In this document: positions 31,831-41,020 of the stretch, piece after piece
Layout: each line of letters opens with the position of its first letter
How positions within the stretch are numbered: the first letter of the stretch is position 1
DNA from: Candidatus Cloacimonadales bacterium
GTDB lineage: Bacteria > Cloacimonadota > Cloacimonadia > Cloacimonadales > JAIOQZ01
Assembly (NCBI GenBank): GCA_963662655.2
Contig: CAXXTU010000002.1
Coordinates: forward strand, 448,001-512,000
DNA: 64,000 nt
Direction: 5' to 3'
Notes under the pieces: model-generated
Seen by the model: the letters and a program-made list of their open reading frames with translations, nothing else
Databases searched by the model: none
What the model was told of the DNA's origin: nothing
Position numbers and translations under genes: made by a program

Positions 31831-34475
31831 AGGTCGCTCCTTATCAGCGTACCCTCTTCTGCCTTCTCGCTGACGATGACGGGGTCGGCCATCGAGAGCA
31901 CGCCGTTGGCGGAGATATGGTTGTGAACGCTCAGCTCCTTGTCGCGCAGCTCACGGCGCAATAGACGGTTCTCCGAAATCAGGTCGTCCACCCGTTCGAT
32001 GAGGGTGGAAATCACGCTACTCGAAGGTACGCTACCGCCACCGGCGAACGCGAACGACGACGTCGTGGGAACCGGAATGTCGGGTACGAGAACGTTGCCG
32101 AGGGTCTTGCGAACGGTCTCCAGCGGGGCGTAGTTGAGAAAATGAAAGAACTTCGCGCCCAGCTCTCGCACACGCTGCTTGCGGGTAATGTATTCGTCGC
32201 CCTCGGCCTCGATGAGGATACCGCCGCCGGAGTGGCTCGGTCCCGTCAGAAGCCCGCCCTGCGCCGCTTCCTGATACTTCTGCTTCGAAATGGTGTGGAC
32301 GTTAGCGAGACCTGCCGCAATCGCCGCTGCGGCCGCTGCGGCGCCCAGCGCGGGACCGATGACAGGCAGCCCCGCCATAGCTTTAAAGGCAGCGACGGCA
32401 GAGGAATATGTGTCGACCATCGCCTGCGCCATCGCCATCGCCTTCCACGCCGCGAAGCCCTTCTTACCAAAAGCCTGCGCCGCTTTCGCAATGTTGCCGA
32501 ACATGCCGGAAAAGCCCTGCGCCGCTTTGAGTTGGTAGTTCTCGCGGATGCGCTGCTTGGCTGCTTCGGATTGCTCGGTGATCTGCTCCTCTGAGATGCC
32601 TGCCTGCAGGAGTTTTGTGCGCTTGCGGTTGTAGTAGGCGTCGACAGCCGCCAGTTCCGATTCGTAGCTCTTTAATGCCAGGTCGTCGCTGCGCGAAAGG
32701 AACTCCTCACGGATGGCTTCAATCTCCTGTTCGTGTTGACGCTTCCGGGCACGTTCCTGCTCGTCCTCGGTCTCCTGCTGGCGAGTCTGCTCCTCGCGCA
32801 AACGCTTCTCCTCGTTGGCGTAGTAGGTGCGGATATTCTGGAGAGTCTCCTCGCCAGCCTGCAGGGATTCGGCGCGCTTCAACTCGGTGTCACGTTCTGC
32901 AGCGAGTTGGGCCAGCTTACGCTCCAGTACGTCCTCGATGGCCAGCAACGAGTACTGCCGCTGCACCTCCAGCCGCTGGTTCGTCTCCTCCTCGATGGCG
33001 TCCGAGAGCTGCTTTTCGAGCCGCTGCCAGCGCTGGTAGGCGGCGAGCTTGTCGTTGACGTTGGAAGCATCGACATCGCGGATTTCCTCGTAGGCGGCGC
33101 GTGCCTGCTCGATGCGGTAACGTAGCAGCCGCACACCCTCGTATGTCTGCTCGCGCTCGAACCTGAGCTTGCCCGCGTGGTACTCTTCGATGGCGCGCAT
33201 GTCGTCGTCGAACAGCCGCTTGCGAAGGGCGGTGCGACGCGCCATGAGTTCCCGCTCTTCCTCGAAAGCCTGCCACGCTTCGTCCTGTGTGGTGCTGCTC
33301 TTGATCGCCTCGTCGTAGCGTGCTCTGGCGGCGAGAATCGCGTCGGTGATCGTCTCGAACTCGCTCTTGGCTTGATCATAGCTGAGCTCGTCAACTTCCT
33401 TGCGGCTCTCGGACACCAGCTCGCTGAAACTGGTCATGCCAGCGATCAACTCGTCCAGCTTCTGACGCGCCTCCTCCGCCTGTCGCTTGTAGCGTTCCAG
33501 CGACTCCTCGGCGTTCCTCGTGGCTGAACTGGATGACGCGAACGCGAAGCCAGCCGCCGTCGCTCCGGCAGCCAGCAGGCTGATGACGCCCACAACTGGA
33601 TTGATCGCGGCCTTGAGGGCAATCACGACGGTGGTCAGCACGGTGATGGCGGTGGTGACCGCCCCGATGACGGGGATGGCGACAACCAAGCCGGTGACGA
33701 AGCCCTTCACCGCCGGAGTGAGCTGATTGTACCACTCGAAAAGGTCGCGGATGCCCCTCAGAAGCGGCTCGATGAGCACGTTCAGCATGTCGCCGACCTG
33801 CTCTTTGATGTCGCCCCACGCGTTGGCGTTCTGCAGACGCAGGTCAACGAGGGCCTCCGAGACGCCGCCGTAGTCGCCTGCGAGCTTCTCGACGAGGTAA
33901 CTCACGCCCTCCTGCTGGATGCGGCTCTTGTCGAGTTCCACGCCGTACTCGCGCAGGGAGTCCGTGTAGCCGTTGATTGCGCGTCCCATGAGCGAAAACG
34001 CCGCCGAGACGGTCATGCCGGTGGATGCGTTGGCGTCCGCGAAGTCGAGGATGTAGGGCGTGATGGCCTGCACTTCCTCGGTCGTCATCTTGAACGTCTG
34101 GCGCATCTTGGCCATGAGCGGGAGCAGCTCCTCGTCGCCGTGGTTAGTAACGGACTGCATGCGCGACGCAAACTCCTGCATCGACTCGGATTGCTCGCCG
34201 AACGCGATGTTGGTGAGGGTGATCGCCTGCCGCTGTTTGAGCGATGCGTTGAGCAGGTCGTTCGCCTTACCCACCACCCCATCGATGACCGACTTCAGCG
34301 AGGACAGGTTCAGCATCACGTCGCGGATGACGCCCAGCGCGGCTTGCGCGTCGAGCTTCAGCGACTTCGGCTCCTCCGCCTTCTGCTTCAGGTCGTCGAC
34401 TTGCGCTTCGACTTCGGTGACAGCCGCCTTCGCGTCGCCCTTCTCAATGATGATGCGGAACTTAATTGAATTCAT
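31827..34475 (-). CDS. Tape measure protein
   Basis: Long Ala-rich, coiled-coil ORF with hydrophobic segments; PVIGPALGAAAAAAA and GG..GPSHSGGG..IEAEGDEY tail motifs. Confidence 0.85.
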   Translation of the reverse strand: MNSIKFRIIIEKGDAKAAVTEVEAQVDDLKQKAEEPKSLKLDAQAALGVIRDVMLNLSSLKSVIDGVVGKANDLLNASLKQRQAITLTNIAFGEQSESMQEFASRMQSVTNHGDEELLPLMAKMRQTFKMTTEEVQAITPYILDFADANASTGMTVSAAFSLMGRAINGYTDSLREYGVELDKSRIQQEGVSYLVEKLAGDYGGVSEALVDLRLQNANAWGDIKEQVGDMLNVLIEPLLRGIRDLFEWYNQLTPAVKGFVTGLVVAIPVIGAVTTAITVLTTVVIALKAAINPVVGVISLLAAGATAAGFAFASSSSATRNAEESLERYKRQAEEARQKLDELIAGMTSFSELVSESRKEVDELSYDQAKSEFETITDAILAARARYDEAIKSSTTQDEAWQAFEEERELMARRTALRKRLFDDDMRAIEEYHAGKLRFEREQTYEGVRLLRYRIEQARAAYEEIRDVDASNVNDKLAAYQRWQRLEKQLSDAIEEETNQRLEVQRQYSLLAIEDVLERKLAQLAAERDTELKRAESLQAGEETLQNIRTYYANEEKRLREEQTRQQETEDEQERARKRQHEQEIEAIREEFLSRSDDLALKSYESELAAVDAYYNRKRTKLLQAGISEEQITEQSEAAKQRIRENYQLKAAQGFSGMFGNIAKAAQAFGKKGFAAWKAMAMAQAMVDTYSSAVAAFKAMAGLPVIGPALGAAAAAAAIAAGLANVHTISKQKYQEAAQGGLLTGPSHSGGGILIEAEGDEYITRKQRVRELGAKFFHFLNYAPLETVRKTLGNVLVPDIPVPTTSSFAFAGGGSVPSSSVISTLIERVDDLISENRLLRRELRDKELSVHNHISANGVLSMADPVIVSEKAEEGTLIRSDL

Positions 34476-34479
34476 TATC

Positions 34480-34529
34480 TTGACAGCCAATAGCGGTGTA
34501 TATCATTATGGATCAACCTAATAAGGAGG
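34480..34529 (+). promoter_or_regulatory. Putative promoter and RBS of the moron gene
   Basis: TTGACA (34480)-N18-CATTAT and RBS AAGGAGG. Confidence 0.5.
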
Positions 34530-34533
34530 AATT

Positions 34534-34824
34534 ATGCTACTCAATGTAATCGGTATTTCAAGTAGTCTGGTAGGCTCAATTGTCCTTGCATTTAGCATCT
34601 CATCCCTCGTTAAAGCAATCATGAGTGCCTTTTGGATTATCGACAAATCACTAGGTCAGATTGCAGATGTTATCAATAACCCGAATACAAAAGGCGTGAT
34701 TGGTCAAAATTTACCTGAGCACATCAGAAATGCTGACAAATCTAAATACTGGACAGTTTTAGGGGTCATATTTCTTGTATTGGGTTTTGTGTTACAGGTA
34801 GTTGCATCATTTTCCATGATGTAA
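34534..34824 (+). CDS. AT-rich moron: small two-TM membrane protein
   Basis: 96 aa, hydrophobic N- and C-termini, opposite strand to the phage operon, own RBS. Confidence 0.75.
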   Translation: MLLNVIGISSSLVGSIVLAFSISSLVKAIMSAFWIIDKSLGQIADVINNPNTKGVIGQNLPEHIRNADKSKYWTVLGVIFLVLGFVLQVVASFSMM

Positions 34825-34842
34825 GTACTTCTTGAGTTCGCA

Positions 34843-35718
34843 TTAGAAGTTCCTGATCAGTATCTCTGAACTCGCTCTGTTCGTTCCAGACACCGAGTAT
34901 CTCGTGTTCACCACATCGATGGTGAAGTTCTTGTACAGCTCGCGGATAACGGGGTGGTCATTGTAGCTGAGCAGCCATTTGCCCTGCACCTCGCGTAGCA
35001 GCTTGGCCAGCTCCTCGTGCTGGTCAAAGGCAGCCACCTTGTCGCGCTCGTAGAGCATCTCACGCTCGTAGTAGGGCGGGTCGATGTAGAAGAACGTCGC
35101 TGGTCGGTCGTACTTGCGGATGACGGCCTCGTAGTCGAGTCGCTCGATGATCACGTCTCGTAGCCTCTCACTGGCAGCTTCCAGCTTGCCCACGCGACGG
35201 ATCGGCAGCATGGTCAGGTGACCGCGCACGGCGAACGTGCTGCTGAGACTGCCGTAGGAACACGCCAGCACGTAGTAGAAGCGCACCGCGCGTTCGAGGT
35301 CGGTGCGCGACTCGCTATCGAGGAACTCGTGGAACAGCTCCCGCGAGGCGAGAAGCCGGTCGAGTTCCGCTTTCAGCGCGGCCGGATGGTGCTTCACATG
35401 CCGCCAGAAATTCACCAACTCGCCGTTGATGTCGTTGAGGATTTCGCGGTACTTCTGGCCCTTCGTCGCCTGCCATTCCTTGTGGTCGCGCGACTTAGCG
35501 AACAGGATCCATGCTGCACCAGCAAAGGGTTCGCAGTTATGGCGAACGCCGATAGGCGTGAGTCCTGACCAGCTATCCAGCAGGTTCAAGCTGCGAGTTT
35601 TCCCGACGTAGTGGATTCGTGCTTCGCACTCACCATGTGTGTCGTGCTTCGGGATGAGCGGAACAATCGCCTTGCGCAAGAGTCGCTTGCCGCCCACCCA
35701 GCCGATGACGCTATTCAT
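34843..35718 (-). CDS. Dam-family (D12) DNA adenine methyltransferase 2 with an in-frame insertion before motif I
   Basis: WVGGK, EPFAG and YIDPPY motifs; about 33 extra residues between PKHDT and CEPF. Confidence 0.85.
   Translation of the reverse strand: MNSVIGWVGGKRLLRKAIVPLIPKHDTHGECEARIHYVGKTRSLNLLDSWSGLTPIGVRHNCEPFAGAAWILFAKSRDHKEWQATKGQKYREILNDINGELVNFWRHVKHHPAALKAELDRLLASRELFHEFLDSESRTDLERAVRFYYVLACSYGSLSSTFAVRGHLTMLPIRRVGKLEAASERLRDVIIERLDYEAVIRKYDRPATFFYIDPPYYEREMLYERDKVAAFDQHEELAKLLREVQGKWLLSYNDHPVIRELYKNFTIDVVNTRYSVSGTNRASSEILIRNF
35541..35634. repeat. Structured micro-insertion A (two GA-hairpin arms)
   Basis: GGCGA-ACGCC-GATA-GGCGT-GAGTCC, 47-nt spacer, GGATTC-GTGC-TTC-GCAC-TCACC. 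Confidence 0.8.
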
Positions 35719-36472
35719 CTGACACCTCGTAGTTTGCGATGATAACCTCCTTGAACATGCTCTCGCCCTTCATCCGGTTGATCCCCTTCACGCGAGAGAC
35801 CGGGATGATGGTGTGACCAGCGTACAGCTCGCGCACCTCAGGGCAGTCGTCGTAGGAGAGTAGCCAGCGGCCTTTCACGCCCTTCAATACGTCGCGGAGC
35901 TTCTCGTGGTCGAAGTGTCTGGCGTTGGCGTATGTCGTGCCATGCACGTATGGCGGGTCGCAGTAGAAGAACACGCCGGGCCGGTCGTAGAAGGCGATCA
36001 GCTCCTCGTAGGGCAGGTGTTCGATGGTCACCTTGTCGAGCCGCGTGCTGAGGTCGTGGACGCGAGCTAACTTGCGCTGCATACTGCTCGGACCTGATGT
36101 CGAGGCGCGTCCGAAGTGTTCGCCCTTGCCGCCGAACGAGCGGGTGATGATGTAGAGGAATCGCGCGGCGCGTTGCAGCTCCGTGAGTCCGGGCTGCTCG
36201 ACCAGCTCGTCGAACAGGGCGCGTGAGGCTGGCATCAGCTCGAGCTCCTTCACGAGCGCGTCGGGGTGGAACTTCACCTGCAGGAAGAGGTTCGTCAGCC
36301 GCGCATCGAGGTCGTTGTACACCTCGAGACGAGCCCAGCGGTCACGGTGAAAGAGCACCCAACCCGCGCCGCCGAACGGCTCTACGTAACCGGTGATGTC
36401 GTCCGGCACCAATGCGGCGATTTTCTTTCGCAGCAGCTTCTTGCCGCCGATCCATGTAATCAGACTATCCAT
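35711..36472 (-). CDS. Dam-family (D12) DNA adenine methyltransferase 1
   Basis: WIGGK, YVEPFGGAG, VYND and YCDPPY motifs. Confidence 0.9.
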   Translation of the reverse strand: MDSLITWIGGKKLLRKKIAALVPDDITGYVEPFGGAGWVLFHRDRWARLEVYNDLDARLTNLFLQVKFHPDALVKELELMPASRALFDELVEQPGLTELQRAARFLYIITRSFGGKGEHFGRASTSGPSSMQRKLARVHDLSTRLDKVTIEHLPYEELIAFYDRPGVFFYCDPPYVHGTTYANARHFDHEKLRDVLKGVKGRWLLSYDDCPEVRELYAGHTIIPVSRVKGINRMKGESMFKEVIIANYEVSDE

Positions 36473-36976
36473 TTGATTTCCTTGTGGTTTCGATGGCGAG
36501 GCAGTAGCGGAGGTAGAGTTCGGGCAAGCTCAGCTCGATGAAGTCAGCCTGCGTGAACCCCACCCCGCGCAGGGCCATCTCGAGCCGTTCGGTGGCGAAA
36601 CACGAAGTGTTGAGTCCATGCTCTAAGGACTCGTGCTTGCGCACTCGCCTGTAGCTGTCCCCGCTTCGACCCGCGCCGTGTAGCCCAAAGCGTCGAGCAA
36701 GGGCGTCAACGCGTGCCAACTGCCTCTGACAGCCGAGAAAAAAGCCGTAAACGCCTCCGCCGCCAGCTCGGGGCCGATGTCCTCGGGCTCGCGTCCGGTG
36801 AGGATACGCAGGATGTCGATGTCGACGTGGGATTCTTCGAGCAAGTCCAGGAAGTCGACTTCGCTTAGCTCGACCTCGTTACCGGCGAGCAGGTCGGTCA
36901 GCCCATCGCGGAGTTGATCGTTGCGAAGCAGCGTCGAGAGTACCTTGCGGAAGGTCGCGTATGAGATGTCCATCAC
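36465..36976 (-). CDS. Tail assembly chaperone with predicted -1 frameshift extension (G/GT type)
   Basis: ORF 36623-36976 has in-frame T TTT TTC at 36743-36737; the -1 frame is open to 36465; lies between the tail gene and the TMP. Confidence 0.7.
36594..36649. repeat. Structured micro-insertion B (same family as A)
   Basis: GGCGA-AACAC-GAA-GTGTT-GAGTCC, 9-nt spacer, GGACTC-GTGC-TTGC-GCAC-TCGCC. Confidence 0.8.
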
Positions 36977-37173
36977 GCCCCCAGAAAGGTCTTCACGGCG
37001 ACGCCAATCAGCAGAAAGAACTGGCTGACGGTCAGGCTCGTGAGCAGCTTGATATTCGTCTCCAGACGCGCAATTCGGGTGACCATCGACCGGCTTGAAT
37101 CGCCGTTGCCGTACACCTCCTTGTGCACGTCCGAAATCTTCTTACGAATTTCAGGATCGCATCTGCATTCCAT
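36973..37173 (-). CDS. Small phage protein with a C-terminal TM helix
   Basis: 66 aa; VYGNG..RIARLE then a hydrophobic tail; RBS GGAG. Confidence 0.7.
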   Translation of the reverse strand: MECRCDPEIRKKISDVHKEVYGNGDSSRSMVTRIARLETNIKLLTSLTVSQFFLLIGVAVKTFLGA

Positions 37174-37181
37174 GATTTCTC

Positions 37182-37727
37182 CTATTCGACCGTGGCCGGA
37201 ATCTTGTTGAAGAAACTGACCTTACCGCTCGTCTTGCCGGTGAACTCGGTCGTCACCTCTTGGGTATAGAGGCCGTCCGCTTCGCCGCTCCAGTCCACCG
37301 TCCAGCGGCAGCCGTTGATCAGCACGGCCTGCGTCTTGTCCTTGGACACGGCCACGAGCGTGATCTGCGCCATCCCCGCGCTCTGCTCCTCGAGCCAGTT
37401 CTTCTTGTCCTCGTTGATGCCGACGATCGTGACGGTGACGACATTCGTTCGCTTGCCTTCGATCTGGTAGTGCCGAGTCTTGAGCTTCTCCGTCTTCGAT
37501 TCGACCTTGAACGGCTTCTCGGCCAGTTCGCCGAGTTCCTCGAAGTTGGATGAAATCTCGGTTTCCATCGACGCCTGACTCGCGAACATCGCGGTGATTT
37601 CGCTCCCTGTCAGCTCGCCGACCCCGACGTGGACGTTGTAGACGTCCACGCCGCCGATCTGGTTGAGCAGGTTCGCAAGGTCGCCAGAGCTCATGCCGGT
37701 GGGTAGGGTGGGTTTTTCGACGGGCAT
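37182..37727 (-). CDS. Putative major tail (tube) protein
   Basis: 181 aa; position upstream of the chaperone and TMP; RBS GGGAG. Confidence 0.55.
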   Translation of the reverse strand: MPVEKPTLPTGMSSGDLANLLNQIGGVDVYNVHVGVGELTGSEITAMFASQASMETEISSNFEELGELAEKPFKVESKTEKLKTRHYQIEGKRTNVVTVTIVGINEDKKNWLEEQSAGMAQITLVAVSKDKTQAVLINGCRWTVDWSGEADGLYTQEVTTEFTGKTSGKVSFFNKIPATVE

Positions 37728-37736
37728 CGCGGCTCC

Positions 37737-37937
37737 CTACGCGCTTTTAACGATGTTGTCGCAGTGCGCGAGGATGAAGCCGACGATGGCCTCCTTGAAC
37801 TCGCGGAACTTGGCCACGAAGGCGTCGTCGATGGTGTTCTCGCTACGCTTCGCGAGGGCTTCGAGCGCGCTGATGACGGCGTCCACAATCGGCTCTGCGA
37901 GAGCCTTGATCGCCTGTTTGAGTATCCACTTCCACAT
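37737..37937 (-). CDS. Small phage protein
   Basis: 66 aa; RBS AAGGAG; A..SENTIDD motif. Confidence 0.7.
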   Translation of the reverse strand: MWKWILKQAIKALAEPIVDAVISALEALAKRSENTIDDAFVAKFREFKEAIVGFILAHCDNIVKSA

Positions 37938-37957
37938 ACGTAACTCCTTTCAGTCGT

Positions 37958-38049
37958 TAATTATGAATTAGGAATTATGAATGATGACAACTGGCGGTTT
38001 GGTCGCGTCTGTGCCTTCATTTCTAATTGCTCATTCCTCATTCATCATT
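37958..38049. repeat. Inverted heptamer-repeat element 2
   Basis: TAATTAT GAATTAG GAATTAT GAATGAT - spacer - TTTCTAA TTGCTCA TTCCTCA TTCATCA. Confidence 0.8.
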
Positions 38050-38057
38050 GATTTTGG

Positions 38058-39829
38058 TTAGTCGGTGAGTTGGTAGAATTTCACGAAGCCGGGAACGTAG
38101 GTGATGCCGGGCCGGATGCGGATGTACCAGTGATACTTCCAGTCCGAGCCGTGGTGCTCGACCTTGAGTTCGGCGTCCGTGCGGTAGCCGATGATGATGA
38201 ACTTCGTCAGGCCGCAGACGATGTAGTTGTCAGGCAGGAGCCGCGCCTTGACCGGGATGCCGCTGAAGCTGACCTTGCCGCCCTCCAGGAGCAGCTTGTC
38301 GCCCTTGTTGGTCTCGCGTTGGCCAAGCTCCGTGCGAATGCGAATGAGGTCTTTGTGGCTCACATAGATGCGGAAGCTCTCCTGCTCCTCCAGCATCTCG
38401 TCGGTGAATGCAAGCAGCACTTGCTCGAACCGTTCGGTCCACTCGTCGTAGGTGGTGGGACTGATGGCGGTGATGTCCGTGCCATCGGTCGCGAGCTTCA
38501 CGAGACCGTTGAGAGCCTTCAGCTTGGCGGTCGCCGACGCGCGGTCGCCTCGGAACAACAGCAGACGCATCGCCTTCTCGGTCTTGCGCGCGATGTGCTG
38601 CTCGACGTAGGCCCCGAACGCATCCTCGCCGTACTTGTCCTTGTAGAACTCCACGACGTCGCGCCCCAACGTGAACTCGGCCATCAGGATGCCGGTCGGG
38701 CAGGACAGATCGGCGGTGGCGACGTCTTGCGCACTCAGAGTGCCGTCCAGCGAGTTGTGGAAGATCAGGTCTTCGATCAGGCCGACGTCGATCTTCTCGT
38801 CCTTGAGCAGCGGGATGACCGAGATGTCGGTGAGCGTGTCGCCGGGCTTGGAGCCGATCACTTCGTCGATGAACAGACTCGTGTTGTTGGGCGTGAGGAT
38901 GCTCATCGCCTTGCCGGAATCGACGTCCGCGATGCCCTTGTAGATCTCGCGGTGCGCGGCCTTCACGAGCACCTTCTCGCCGTTGACGATCACTTCGCGG
39001 TCACCGCCGTCGGCGTCGGGTTCGCCCTGAATGCTCTTCGAAATCGCGCGACTCATCGTGGCCGAGAGGCTGTCGAGACTCTTCTCGATGGACTTCACAG
39101 CCTCTCGCAGACCGCCGTCGCCGATGCCGTTCTCCAGCCTCGAAACCTTGCTCTCCAGCTCGTCGATGGCGGACTCGAGCTCCGCTTCGCGGTCGGCGTC
39201 CTTGAGCGACTTCTTCAGGTCGCGCAGCCCCGCAATCTCGTCGCGGATGGCCTTCAAGGTCTCGCCGGTGTCGTTGTAGTCGTCAGCGCGACCGTAGATC
39301 GACACGCCATTGAAGTCGCCCTTCTCGACTTTTTTCCACAGCGCGGAATCGAGGTCGTCGCACTTCAAGACCTGCACCCAAGCTCCAACTTTCGTGTCGG
39401 GGAAATGGGTCCTGTCCTCGGTCTTGAGGATGTAGTTTTCGGCCACCGAGAAGTCGTCGATCGGGTGGTTGTTGTGGTTGATGTCGTTGCGCCCGACCAT
39501 GTAGTGGCGGCTTGCGAAGCAAACGCCAGCCCTCAAGCGTGTCTGCTGAAGTGGTCGCACGCCTTCTGGATCTCCTCGGCCGTGTAGAAATCGCCCTGCG
39601 CGTCCTTCACGTCCGGCTCCATCAGGGTCACGAACAGCCGCCCTTGACGGCCTTTCGTCTCGCTTTTGAACTTCACGGACGAGCCGCGCACCTTGTACGC
39701 TTTTCCGCTCGCGGCCTTCACCACGAAGCCCTTCTGATTGGCGGGATTCATGTCGTCGAACAGGAGCGACACGAGCTCCACCTCGACGTTGCGCAACTCA
39801 CCCTTGCGCACGGTTTTACGTTCTGTCAT
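38058..39829 (-). pseudogene. XkdF-like prohead protease/major capsid fusion interrupted by a 35-nt hairpin insertion
   Basis: N-part 39533-39829 (ELVSL..PAN, EPD..DAQGD...EEIQKAC..F) and C-part (DINH, GAWV, GDFNGVSIYG, then a capsid-like region) are in different frames, separated by insert C. Confidence 0.8.
39504..39538. repeat. Structured micro-insertion C
   Basis: Hairpin TGGCG-G-CTTGC-GAA-GCAAA-CGCCA (39505-39528); CAC codon repeated on both sides. Confidence 0.75.
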
Positions 39830-41020
39830 TCAGCCTCCTAATCTATTGGAATTGAAAAGTTTCTCGTCCTCGCTCTCGAAGATCGATGTCAGGTCGCCGA
39901 AGTCGAAATCGGCGGGTGTCAGTTTCCAGCCGAACTCGGCGTTGAAGGCGCTCGAAAGCACCTGCCCGAGCCGGTGCTGGAGCGGCTTGATCACGAAGTG
40001 GTGGAACATCAGCATGTCGGAGCGGTTGTCGCCGCCGAGTTGCCCCGGGATGAGCTGCGAAACGATCCTCGCGGGGACTCGATGGTAGGCGAAAATCCCC
40101 TCGCGCAGGTCTTTCTTGAGGGTGATGAACCCGCCGTCGCGATCATGCTGGCGAAGCGGTTCGAGTCGGATACGAGCGTCCTTGTTCTCGGTCTCGATGA
40201 GGACGGTCGTGTGCGACTTGTTGTTTCCCTTGGCGGCTTGCAACGTCTCCTCGATGACGGTGAAAGCGTCCTTCAATACCTCGTTGCCATCGGCGTCCTC
40301 GACCACGTCGTCGCGCAGGCTGCCGCCCTCGACGATCATGAAGTAATCAACGAGCAGGCCGTTCTTGAAGTTGTTGTAGTCGAAGACTTTGACCTCGGAG
40401 AGGATTTCGATATTCACGGCGACCGGCAGGCAAGCCACGCCCCATGCGTTGGACTTGTGGGTCGTCTGCTTGAAGTGGATCACGTCGTTTCCGGGGAAAA
40501 AGGTCTTTTTGCCGTTGCGGACTTGGATGAAGTCGGGACGGAAGAACCCGAACTCGTCGTAGTTCTCGACGATCTGCGTTTCGGTGGGCAGGAGTCGCTC
40601 CAGACCGACCCACTGGCCTCTCGTGTTGCGCATCTTCAAGAGGAAGCCGTTGCCGCACGACAGGTAGTACTTGAGGAACTCCGCCAGCACGGACGACACG
40701 TCCTCGCTGCCCGGATACTGCGCCTCGAGGAGCCATTTCTTCAGGCTTGAGTTCGAGACTTCCACCTGCATTACTGTCGCATTCATCTTGGCCGCGACGC
40801 ACCCGGCGTGATACTCGTCTTTCTCCAACAACCGCAGCAGGTTACTCATCGAGAACGGCGACGAAACGATTTTCTTCTGCTCCTGCGCCTTCGTGAGTCG
40901 ACGAGAGCCAGTCCACTTACAATTGTTTAAGTCGGCTGAAACACCGCCGTATCGCTTCTGGAGCAGCTCGTCGGTGTCGCTGTAGCCGACGTTGAACCCG
41001 CCGATCTTGCGCACTCTCAT
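39830..41020 (-). CDS. Phage portal protein (PBSX-like)
   Basis: 396 aa; GNGFL, VIHFK, FKNG, I..YHRVP and VIKPLQ motifs. Confidence 0.8.
   Translation of the reverse strand: MRVRKIGGFNVGYSDTDELLQKRYGGVSADLNNCKWTGSRRLTKAQEQKKIVSSPFSMSNLLRLLEKDEYHAGCVAAKMNATVMQVEVSNSSLKKWLLEAQYPGSEDVSSVLAEFLKYYLSCGNGFLLKMRNTRGQWVGLERLLPTETQIVENYDEFGFFRPDFIQVRNGKKTFFPGNDVIHFKQTTHKSNAWGVACLPVAVNIEILSEVKVFDYNNFKNGLLVDYFMIVEGGSLRDDVVEDADGNEVLKDAFTVIEETLQAAKGNNKSHTTVLIETENKDARIRLEPLRQHDRDGGFITLKKDLREGIFAYHRVPARIVSQLIPGQLGGDNRSDMLMFHHFVIKPLQHRLGQVLSSAFNAEFGWKLTPADFDFGDLTSIFESEDEKLFNSNRLGG

Noticed and set aside
36921..36930. Additional GCGAAGC occurrences (also near 40151, 59343 and 60818)
   Set aside because: They are explained by ordinary codons on the minus strand, with no extended stem or break in the protein.
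30301..38049. Heptamer arrays or GA-hairpin arms as CRISPR repeats
   Set aside because: There are no regularly spaced direct repeats with unique spacers and no cas genes.
39505..39535. TGA followed by a hairpin as a selenocysteine/SECIS or readthrough site
   Set aside because: Readthrough stays in the wrong frame and would not join the capsid ORF.
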